A stretch of 64,000 nucleotides of DNA from Haplodiscus bocki (taxonomy: Eukaryota): assembly GCA_965655095.1 (NCBI GenBank), contig OZ296649.1, positions 38,626,001-38,690,000 on the forward strand, written 5' to 3'. The notes under the pieces are model-generated. The model did no database searches and had not been told where the DNA came from. It worked only from the letters and a program-made list of their open reading frames with translations. This document shows, one piece after another, positions 12,127 to 23,571 of the stretch (its first letter is position 1; each line of letters opens with the position of its first letter). The translations under genes and the position numbers were made by a program.

Positions 12127-13699
12127 GAAAAGACCCATATTTTTTGGAGTAATGGCGAAAAAATCCTTTTTTGGAATAATAGGAGTAAAAATATGAATTC
12201 GTAGTAATTAATAGCAATCGCTTTGTTTGCATTCCAAAAAAAGTTTTCAAAAACTTTCGTTTCCTTTTGGTCGGCTTCAAAAGTTTTCTCTGCTACTTTT
12301 CAACGCTTTGCGTTGTTCGGAAGGTTTTGACGCAATGAATAGTCGGCGCAATGGGAAGTCACCTTCCTGATAGACTTTAAGAACACTTTAGACACTATTC
12401 TTCAGAGACTGTTCCTGATCCCTGATCCCCAAGTCAAAAATGTTACACTTCTGCGGGAAACAAGACGTTTAGTATTGCAAGTTCAAAAACATCTCCGTTG
12501 GCGTCCGTTTCAGATTCCAGTGTTGATCATGCTTCCTTTGACCGTATTTCAGTCGGAAAATTTAGATGTTCTTCCATTTTAGATTCTCTTCCATTGTAAA
12601 TTCTTGAACTTTTATTAATGGGAATAATAAAACAATAATGAGAGGTCTATGCGGGATATTAGAGCTTCTTCCGAGCCAGGGTTTCGTTTTTGTTTCCATT
12701 TTTTTTAGATCTGTTGATTTGAATAAAGATCCAAACAAATGTCTTAATGCCCTTACCCTCAATCTCAGCTGCATGTGGGCTTCGTCAATTGCGTTTCTTT
12801 TTGAGTTTTTCCGGCTGATTCTTGTGCGATAATGTGTGTCAAGATGTCGGAACTCCATGAATAGAAGCCGTTGAACTGACATATTTTGTGTCTTTCTATT
12901 GGTGAATCTTTTCAGATATTTGTTTTTTATTCAATAGTTGAACAAAATTCAGAAAAAAGCTTTTTAATTCCATTTCTTCATTTATTTGGAGTGTTTGCCT
13001 ACTACATTTTCCCTCTAAGGTTTTTGGACTCCAGTGTGATTTCACTTCCGGAATTTTTCGGTTGAGTGCCGTTAACTACGCTATTTTTCAAGTTAAACGC
13101 CGTTAACGTTGTTGTTTTTTTAATTGACAACTGCTTTTGTGGCTACTTTCGACCACCGTTAATACCCTTATACCCAAAAAAACTTCGGCCAATGTTTCAA
13201 CCCGGTTCGCCTGGTTACTCTATGATGCCATGTCAGTGATTCTATCTAAGTAAACACGAATTGTCATTTGTTGTGCTGTAAAAAAAGTTTTACGTGCCTC
13301 CAACATTGAATGAAAGTCTTTTCGTCCCATGTCCCATTTCACGGAAAACGGAAAAAATTGCTGTAATATTCTGGTGAGAATTTTATTCATTAATTTTTAG
13401 AAAGCATGATCAAAGTTGGATTCATTATTAGATCATCAATTCTTGGCGCTTCTAAATATGACGTATTTTGGAAGAAAACCTTCTGACAGCGGAGCCCCAC
13501 TCTAAAGTGAAATAAAAAAATCTGGATAAACAAACAATCATTAAACAAGGGGAAGAATACCCAATATCAGCATGGTAGTTCATTGCAATGAAGATTCTTT
13601 AGCATTGAACTTTTATTGATTTTCAATTTCCGCATAATGGGGAAAAGATATGAACTAAAGATGAAAACTGTCAACGAGAGTTGTGAAAGGAGAGCTCAA

Positions 13700-16600
13700 G
13701 CTAGGTGGCCACAGAACAGTTGATTGTAATCTTGAAACAGATTCTTCGCTTTTTCAGCAGAACTTTCCTCACGACACGCTATGAAGAGAACCACAGGAAA
13801 CTGAATTCAAGTCTCACAGCTGAGAAAGAAGCAAAACCTAAAGTCAAGCTGAAAAAACCGAAAATTTTTTACAGATATCTCCCTGATTAGATAGAGTTTC
13901 AGGCAAAGGACATTTACCTGCAGAATGTTCAGACAGTTTGGGAAGGCCTTTTACAATCAAAGTAGTGACTATTTAAAAATTGCAAAACTGAAGTTCAAAA
14001 CCGATCTGTCCTCAAAAATCGTCAAAAATAACATTCGCAAAAACATCAGTACATTCGAAGAGTTCCACGTATAACGCTGCAACCATTGAAACAATTTTCA
14101 TTCAAAATTGCCGGGAAAATCAAAGACACTGTGTCCATTGCTTTCGGTGAAAATATAAAAAAGTGAAAAACATAGGCACTAAGGTGCTTAGAGCAAAATT
14201 CGCAAAAGTACGCAACCTCTTTATTACTTTGTTAAAAACATGCTTATGCAATGCCGGAGAGCTTGAAGAAAAACCCAGACAGTTTAGGCACAGGACAAAC
14301 AAAAGAGATAACAGCGGAGTTTCAAGGTAGCTATCCTACCTTTAAGCAAAAATCAGCTGATAAAGTTTCGCCTTCTCAGAAGGCATAATACTCTCAACCC
14401 ATTTCGCGGAAAAGAAATTGAAAACTGGCCAGATTTCGAAAGTTTTCCCAGAAACCTCATAGATGTTGGCAATATACCGAACGCCAACTGACCGCTATTT
14501 CTCGAATTTCATTTTTTTGATCACGCCCTACATTTTCCCGAGTTTTTGCTCAACTAACTACATATGACTTTGAAGCAGCAGTAACGGCACTGTGAAATCA
14601 AATTTGCAACCCAAACATCCGAGAGTTTCAAAAACTACAGCTTCGCAACTCAAAACTTGACCACAAGAACGGTAGCCCCGAGGACTTCTTAGTACAAATG
14701 CAGATGAAAGCGACACAAGCTTATCTTGATTCAGAATTCCCACCTATTTCATCAAGTAACCCGTTGAAAAACCAAGAAGCAATTGGCAGAGCTCAAAACG
14801 CACAAGGCGCCACGTAGCGGCAATAGACAATACAGTTACAGAGCGAAACAGCAGAACCAAACAAAACCTTCACGAACGCCATGCCGAACTTCATCAAAAA
14901 AACTACTGGAGCGAAATGAACCAGCAACAGTGCACAAACACTGTAGGGTTGCAAAAGCCCCAATGGTTTTCTTCGAACTCTGCCCAAGTGACAACTGGAC
15001 AAGAGATGCCTACCATGAGGATAAGTCGACACTTTCAAAAACATAGTACGAACAAGAACAAAAATTACACATAAGCAAGATGAACTGAAACAGCAACAAA
15101 CTGGCTCGTTTAAGAAAATCAACACCCCGATTGTTCTGAATCATCAAAATCCAAATAACAGCAACAACAGTTTCAGCCCTCACGACGAAGTAACAACAGA
15201 TTTAGCAACCCACGAGGATTCCGAGGACGAAGTTAAAACATTAATAGAGTATGAGTTCGCTTCAATAACAGCAGAAGACACTCCAATTAAATTCAAAGCA
15301 GAAAAAACTACAACTCATAGTCCATTTATAACAACATAAATGCAAGAAACGACCAACCAAGAACATATAGCAGAAAAAATATGTTGAGGACAGGTATCTT
15401 ACAGTTGTGGCTACCTGAACAATTAGGCAAGAGATTGCAACCAAAGGAGAGCTGCAAATGGGAATCAACAAGTAGAATATCAAACCGCACCAAAAGAACA
15501 ACTGAAACCACGCCAGTATCAATAACAACCGTGGGAGACCAAGAATGAGCAGAATTAAAAAACTGCATGCATTTTTTTTATAGATGATGTTTCATCTTTT
15601 GTTCCTCTGAAGATCCCTAAAAACCAACAAAAGCATGCAAAAATAGATCCTGGTGCCTGTGGAAGTGCAATCAATGGAAAAGTCTACGAGTACTTGAAAT
15701 CATAAATCGGAACAACAGCAACCATCTCTCAACCATCTGAGGTCAGTAAAAATAAATTAACTTCGGGATAAGTTATACCTCTACCTCGTCAAATCCAACT
15801 CGAGCTTTCAAAAGCAAAAAGCCCTTTCTAAGAACAATTTTTAGTACCCTCAAACCCAAACATCAACGTTTTGGGAAATCCACTTTTCAAAAGCAACTCC
15901 CTTGACCTCCACCAAAGACAGAACTGGATTAAACTACCCGATTTATTGCTAAAGTTGAGCGGAAGATCAATACAAACAAACCAAATCGGAGAGCCGCAAC
16001 ACACTATCAGAACAAGGGAAAAAAACGTCATTGCTCCAAACCAACAATTAACAACAGGTTGTAACCTCCAAACGGAAACCAAACGATTTGCTGATGTATG
16101 TGGTATAGTCGAACCAAAAGTCAGTTTCGAGGAAAAGACTGGACAATGCGTGACTTTTTCCCCATAACGAATTAACTCCGGAAGAAATTTGTTTTATCTG
16201 TCTGAAACATCGAAACCAATGAGATCATTATTCTCTGAGACTTGGACAAGGCATACTTCAAATCTCTTTCACTACAACAAGCGGAGACATTAACCACGTT
16301 AGACCCCCAAGTACTAACTATGGCAAAATTCGAAAACCCAGACAACTTTGAGATTGAATTCAACCAGCTGATAATAGAAAAAGACTTTATTGTCAATTCA
16401 CACTAACCCAGGCCCAAACCAGACCACAAAATTTTTTTCCCAACAGCTGAAATATGCAAAAACTTAATTACACTGAGATGTTTTGAAAAAAGTATATAGA
16501 ATGAGTTACAGAAGCTACAAGTATTAGTTAGTAGTGACTCCCCTTGTCAACAGTGCAAACCATGATCAGGTTAAAGTGTCGGACATTTTTCACACACAGA

Positions 16601-19560
16601 TTTGATGTTGGATATATATCAGAAAATTCAATGAAGCTAACCACAGAGCATGAATAACCAGTCTATACCCAAATCCCGCTAACGCCGACTCAATTACGTA
16701 AGAAACTGAAAGCAAAACTTGCCCTCCTTCAATATTTTGCAAACATCACAAGCATCAACCATTCGAAAAAGAACAGTCAAATTTTTGCACACTGCAAACC
16801 AAATGGAAAATTCAGAAATCTAATGGATTTAGGCAGGATCAATCACCTTCTCTTAAAAAAATCCTATAACAACAACTTCCAGATTTCAACGATGGCAGAA
16901 ACAACAGCACGTTTTGCTGGTAAATCATTCTTTTGTAACTTCGGTTGCTCCCAAGCCTACCATTGTGAACAAACGGCCAACCCTTTTTCAGTACAACTAC
17001 TTGCATTCAATTTCAGTTCTAGATTTTTGGCTGAAAAGGGATTAGCTAGAGGTCTGAACAGATAAGCTACAGGGTTCAGTGCTTTTGTCAGAAACTACTT
17101 GCAACTATGCTTTTCTGCCAATCACTGCAAACAGTTCTTGGATGAAAATGGACGTGGAGTGGAGCCAATTGAGCATTTCATATCTAACTCACGACTCAAC
17201 TTCAGTCGCTCACGCAGATGAGGGCTCAAACTAACGCCAAAGAGATATCTTTTTGGATCAGAACAATTACTTTCCTTGAGAACGTTTTAACAAAAGAACG
17301 CCTTCAACCTGAATCGAATAACAATGAAAAGTTCCTGAGAAATGCCAAAATCAGTGGAGGAAATTAATTGATTAAGGCTTCCTTTAAATCTTTCGCCGTT
17401 TCTTCCCGAATCTGAGCTAACAGCTAATATTTTTTTTTACATTTTTTTGAAGGAAAATGTCTCATTTGAAAAAACAGGCGAAATCTAAACAACTTTCGAC
17501 ATGCTCTGAGAAGTACTCATAACCACCACAAACCAGGCACTTTGACTTGCTAAACCAGAATTCCAACATGCCATTTTATGTGACGCTAATGAACACTGGA
17601 GCGGTTTCGTATCTTTGATAGAACACTACACCAAGAGCATCAAAAGAAAAAATATTAAGTCTTAGCGTATGTGTCATTTGGATTGCAATTCTTCAATACA
17701 GTGGAACTGAAAATGTCAATATACTGGAACGAGTTCCTATCCCTCTACTTTGCCTCGGAAACTTTCTTCAATTCAAATGGGGAAATGAAAAATCAGACCT
17801 CGTGTTGACTGACACTAAATGTTTGACAAAGTTTCTTCGAACCGAGGCAATTCTTCCATCGCTTTGGATTTATGCACACAGAAAAAAAGCATTTAACATT
17901 GTAATTGCTCATATTCCATCGCAACCTAACGCTGCAGCAGATTTTCTGTATTGCTTGCAAAAAAACCGAAGGAAGCAAATGAATTTAAACTGTCAGATAG
18001 AATCTCGATCACACTGATAGAGACTGATAGACGAGCTGACCCACCATACAACACAATCTTTGAGCTCTTTGCTGACAATTTAACTGTTGACCCACTTCAA
18101 ATAGTGGATAGAAACTTTATGATAACCCTGAAACAATCAGGAAACTACCATAACGCATTGAACCAATAAAAAAACTGACATCAAACTCGCAATTATAACT
18201 AACATCTAACATAAAGCACAAACGAAAACAACAGAAACTAACGCAATTCAACATACCAAACCAACGAATGACTACTCCGTCTTTGAAACGACAATAGCTA
18301 ACCTCGAAAGGGAAAAAAATGTCACTCGTTGGGAAAAAAGTGATCTATTGGTTGGAAACCCATTCCGCATCTACAGCAAACAACTATTTTCTCGGAGAAG
18401 ATCAAAAGTACCTCGAGTCATTTCAACGAGCTTTTATAGAGGAAGGAATACTTTACAGACGCAATCTTTCACGAGATGGGAAATTGTTTTACAAACATTT
18501 GTGAGTAGTGAAAACAATACTAGATGGAATCATGTACAGAATACACAACTGGAGGACATTTGGGAATAATGCGAACTATTGAGGAATTCAGAGAACGGTT
18601 TTTTTGTCCAAGCTATGTGGAAATAGTCGCATACTTTAGCAGAAACCATTTTATATGCCTGCAAATGGAGCAAGTACAACCCTGAAGACCTAAAACAACC
18701 CTACAAGATGTTTTGACATTAAAGTCTTTCCCTGAAGACTTCCTGCAAAGAGACATTTTGGGACCCTTCCCATCGTCACCATACAAGTATGTTCTAACAA
18801 CTTCTGATCTTTTCACTAAGTATCTTTTTGCAGCACCACTGACTACAATAAGTGCACTATCAGCGGCAATAGCTTTTAGTCTCCATTATGTTCCAACACA
18901 AATATACACCACAGGAAATGCTCTCAGACTTGGGAACGCAGTTTTTGTCTGTAATTTTACAGGAGCTCACTCAACTACTAGAAATAAAACTTTCGCATGC
19001 ATTATTAAAACACCCAGAGACACCTGGAGTAGTGGAAAGGACACACGCAGCACTAACGAGAATAATGAAACTCAACAGCAACCAAACTTTCACCAACTGG
19101 CACAAAAAGTCTAAGTTAGCAACATTCATCCATAACACTTCTTATTATAGCTCAATCGGGTAAGCACCAACAGTTATTTTCTAAAGACAAGATCCAGTCA
19201 AACCTTTGGATTTTTGTTCTACAGTAACCGTATTGGAAAATCAGCCGTGAAATACGACTTCTTGGATTATCTATGTGACGAAATAATAAAGAAAATTCAG
19301 ACTACACAAGAGAGCCACACCAAATCATTCAACCAATGCAAGAGGTACTATGACCAAAAAGCAAGGGAGAAACCCCTTTTTGGAAAGAACATATTGTTTA
19401 CTGCTAAAACCTCGACCTATTGAACAGTCTGCCTTCAGCCCTAAATTATTCCAAAAATGGCTTGCTTTGTAAAGGTAAGAAGGAATGTTAACCAACTCTA
19501 ACTACCTTTTCAGAGAGATTGGAACGAACTAAGACAATTTTTCACCACTTTAGACCTGAA
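13700..19560 (+). mobile_element. Decayed Ty3/Gypsy LTR retrotransposon gag-pol (PR-RT-RH-IN order)
   Basis: Q/N/R-rich gag-like region. Protease IDPGACGSA (~15643). RT KPNGKFRNLMDLGRINH, FAGKSFFCNFGCSQAYH and QFLDE (~16795-17150). RNase H ILCDANEHWSG (~17572). Integrase DILGPFPSSPYKYVLTTSDLFTKYLFAAPL, SDLGTQF, HPETPGVVERTH and FIHNTSYYSSIG (~18750-19160). LTRs were not identified. Confidence 0.9.
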
Positions 19561-20233
19561 CATCAAAAAGCAGACATGGACATGGAAGATGTCAACTCCC
19601 AGAACCTTCAAACGGACACAACACTTGGGTTTTAACAAGGTGAACAGGACTTCTCTAACAACGGTTTTCCTTCTCTTCTGGATACCGATCAAGTTAGACA
19701 AGAAAAGAAAACTCCGAACGTGGACAGCCCAGTCCGTATCTGAATGTCTTTTGGTGTAAAACCCAAACAACCACTGCCGGCACAGGAGACAGTCAATCAA
19801 CCTGATCCTGTGCCCGTTGTTGCACAACTTTTACCTGCTCACCAAGCTCAGAGACCCAAGCAACCACGGAGGATACTTACACCACCACCATACCTGTCAA
19901 CAAATATACCTGAATCTTTAAAAGAGTCTGGTGGAAACGTTGAAAATAGTACAGAGCCGAGACGCTCGACAGGCGAGCAACAACAAGAGATCAATAGGTT
20001 TAACGAACAAGTTCTTGAATTGGCTGGACAACAACTTTAAGGAAACCGAAGTGCTAAACGCACAAACCAAAGACAATCGGTCGAAGCAAGAAGTTTTGTC
20101 GAAATCATTAACATGTCAAATGCAAATCATGTCGAATGCCATTCGTACAAAAACTAGTAGCAACACAAGGAGGGGTATCTCAAAAATAGACATGACATCA
20201 AAGAGATACAAGTAGATCAGAAAACCTCTCAAA

Positions 20234-20620
20234 ATGATAAAAATGGAGGACTATGTTTTAGGAAATTCTTCTAGCATGGGGCACTGTGTTTCTTCTCTTT
20301 TTTTCATGGGCACAGGCATTTGTAAGCGATCTGGCCGACTCTATCGACAAATGAAAAACAATGCTTCGGGACAACTCTCACCACAAGATGAGTCTTTGCA
20401 TTTTACCACCAAAATTCACGAAGATGTTGTATATTATTTGAAAACGAAAAAATCCGATTACTTTCATCAGCTTTCTCATTAGGCGCTGAAAGGCAGCCTC
20501 ACTATGATGCGCAACTACGATTGAGGTCATGGAGTGTAAAGATTCAACTACCAGATATTGGGTGTGGCTTGGAAAGTTCCAACCAATCAAAACGCACGAA
20601 AATCGACGTCAATTAATCTC
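20234..20620 (+). pseudogene. TARG1/OARD1 (Poa1p-like) macrodomain remnant, downstream of the Gypsy integrase
   Basis: SMGHCVSSLFFMGTGIC (cf. SLAHCISEDCRMGAGIA), VVYYLKTK (cf. YIYYLITK), ALKGSLTMMRN (cf. LQKSLEAMKS) and, after a frameshift, IQLPDIGCGLE at ~20542-20574 (cf. LSMPRIGCGLD). Confidence 0.8.
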
Positions 20621-21479
20621 CAAAGTCACAAGTAGCGATGCAAATCGGTGTGATAAGTAAAACTTTGGTTGAAAAAACAACTAGGCAGACATTGAAAGGA
20701 AAATATTTACAAAAAACAACACAGACGAAGTCAAATAGTAACAGCGAAACCAAAAAGGACCAAACTTTCTAAGAGTTGACGAACAAAAAACACCCCTGAA
20801 AACCTATCGAATGAAATTTATGGACAAATGAACATAGAGAGCAGGCCCATGCTAAGTTACACTGGAACCACAGACAAAAAACCGCAACTGAGAGATGCCT
20901 CATCCTCCCAACTCAAAAAACCTTGCCATCTCGACCACAAAAAACTTAAGTACCACGATACTGAAAATGGTCCCCACACGAAACTTATTAGTTTCTGCGT
21001 CCAATTGGGTAGTAAAGTAACCACGAAAGCTTACAAACGACAGGAAAATAAGAATAAACCGAAATTGTTTTGATATCGTGTACCCAAACACAGAGTAATT
21101 CAACCATGTAGACCAATCGGCGAAAGTAGGCCAAATTAGAAAAAAATACCCCAAAGAAAGCAAAAAAACAAGCGGGACGCAATAGGGTGGTTTGTGTGGG
21201 CGTACCAAAGCCCAGAACTACTTTTTGAACGACTTCATCGGATCTGCGATTTTGATAACTAGCCGACTACACAAATTCTCTCGGCTCGACTGAAGACAAC
21301 AATCACACCATGCCGTGCATTCCTATTTTAATGAACATTCTAGAGACGGCCAGACGACGAAATACAATGTAAAGAAATATACCTTTAGGTGCAAAAGAGC
21401 TCCGAAGGAAAAACTAACCCTGCTTTGAAGTAGTCGCCTTCCTCATCCTTGCCCCAAATCCTTTTATTGTAACACCACT

Positions 21480-22110
21480 TCAATTGCGACCCTGCACACC
21501 AGGAACCTTTCCACTTCGTGATTTTGCTAGACTCAAGGTGGTCATCTCTAAGACTAACGCCACGGTATCCTCCAATTTGATGTTACGAGAGAATAAAGCA
21601 TGCCGTTCGTTGGTTGCTGTTACAGAGAGTAAAAAATGTACACCTAATGCAGGACAAGACACAGCGGCAACCAAAAAATGGACGCCGAAAGATAAGTTTG
21701 GAAACTGAAAATGTATTAGGTCCTCAATGAATCTGTCTAAGTGGCTGTCAACCAGATCATTAGTGAGATGATTTGTGGCTGAAGAAAGATCAGGGGCAAA
21801 AATTCAGAGTTTTCTACCCATCAAAAGCGATGACACAATTGCAGTCGGCGGTTCCACGTCACGCTGCCAATCTGAACAATCATTACCACCTCCAAGGAAT
21901 AGAATGAGAGAACATACAATGTCCAAAGGTACAATAGTACTAATAAACCAAGTCTTTATTGGGTTGAAAAGACGAACTTTGGACATGAAATCGGAACTAA
22001 CTTCTGTCTCTGGAAAAGATACATTGACCCTGTTCTCCCCCGACATATTGAACTTGGAAAAGAAATGTTTTTTTTACCAGTAGAGGTTTCGCTAAAACGC
22101 CACAGCTCTT
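21480..22110 (-). mobile_element. Probable LTR-retrotransposon integrase (zinc-binding region) fragment
   Basis: Minus-strand H.G... followed by CVLSCIRC gives an HHCC-like spacing. Heavily decayed and truncated by the gap. Confidence 0.3.
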
Positions 22111-22111
22111 C

Positions 22112-22311
22112 NNNNNNNNNNNNNNNNNNNNNNNNNNNNNNNNNNNNNNNNNNNNNNNNNNNNNNNNNNNNNNNNNNNNNNNNNNNNNNNNNNNNNNNNN
22201 NNNNNNNNNNNNNNNNNNNNNNNNNNNNNNNNNNNNNNNNNNNNNNNNNNNNNNNNNNNNNNNNNNNNNNNNNNNNNNNNNNNNNNNNNNNNNNNNNNNN
22301 NNNNNNNNNNN
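22112..22311. other. Assembly gap (200 N)
   Basis: Run of N. Confidence 1.
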
Positions 22312-23309
22312 AGATATCATCGAAGTAAAGGAGATTTTATTTATCTTCAAAAATTGGGACGATTTTTTAAAAATCGAGCGCTGATTTATTTGTTAAAACG
22401 AAAATTATTATAAAATCTATACTCCATCAGGAATTATGAACTATAATATATTATAAAGTTTCAAGATCAATCCAAAATGTGAATGGAATAGTGTCATGAT
22501 AAATGTTAAGAGCCTTGTTATCAATCGACATCCAAAGTCATATAAAATGAGAAGTCCAAAATCTCAGTGAACTTCTGAGATGGGTTAAAATTCAAAAACG
22601 AGTTTTACTATAGATTACTATGTTTGGTTTCTTAGTCTAGAGCGAATGTTCTGTTATTCGCGTTTTCTAGCTCTGTTGGTTTTGTTTTGTTTAGGTTCTG
22701 GTTAGGTTTTGTCTTTTACTTTTATTTTATCTAATATGTATTATCTATTCCTTTGTCTACACGCTGTAACTGGCAATTCACCGTCAACGGGTTGGGGTTC
22801 TTTAGTTTTTTTCCAAATATCCAAACCGTGAATAAATCTCCGGATTTATTGGCGTGGTTTGGTTTATTTTATGTTTTATCTAAGATTCAGGTAAAAGCTC
22901 GCCTCTGGCGGCAACCTGGTGAGTTTTGCTTAGTCCCTTTTTCTCCAAATGAGATTTTTGTCTAGTGGACCTTATGGAGGGGATTCAGAAAAAAAATATT
23001 AGGATTGACCAGAGAAATATACTCATTCTGGACTAGAAAATTTTTTGATTAACGGGTATTGTTGATTTGTTGATGGAGTCGGGTGACCTGCGTGTTAATC
23101 TGGGACTCTCCTCTTGTAAATCTGACCTGCAAAAGGACTGAATGGGAATTTTGGAACAAGAATTGGTTTATAATGTTTGTAAAAGGGACGGTTTCTGCAT
23201 ATTTAATTCCGTATCTAGGAAAGTAGAATAAACTCTAACTTACTACGGCAGGAGACGAAGTGAGATTGGATCTATGTAACGTCAATTCTCTTTGGAGGTA
23301 CCTCGTGAG

Positions 23310-23571
23310 GGTTGTGCAACTTAATATTTGCTCTTGCCTGAGAACTGGAGCTCGTCAGCGGAATCCGCACACGCTAATACCGAAGCTAGCGTTAGTGGAC
23401 ACTGTCTAGACTCCAGCGGCAAGAGTATAGAATAGGTAAGAGGTTGTGCAATTTAGGATTCAATCTTGTTTCAGAACCGAAGTTCGTCCACGGAATCAGC
23501 ACACGCTAATACCGAGCTAGCGTTAGTAGACACTGTTTAGACTTCAGCGGCAAGATTATAGAATAAGTAAG
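23310..23571. repeat. Two-unit tandem repeat, period 132 bp
   Basis: GGTTGTGCAA...CACACGCTAATACCGA(A)GCTAGCGTTAGT.GACACTGT.TAGACT.CAGCGGCAAGA.TATAGAATA.GTAAG starts at 23310 and again at 23442. Confidence 0.9.

Noticed and set aside
11612-12280. ORFs with CVCVCV or THTHTH runs
   Set aside because: Translations of the (GT)n microsatellite.
21200-21474. 3' LTR of the large Gypsy element (ends TGTAACA)
   Set aside because: No matching 5' LTR or clear PPT found in the window, so the boundary is unsupported.
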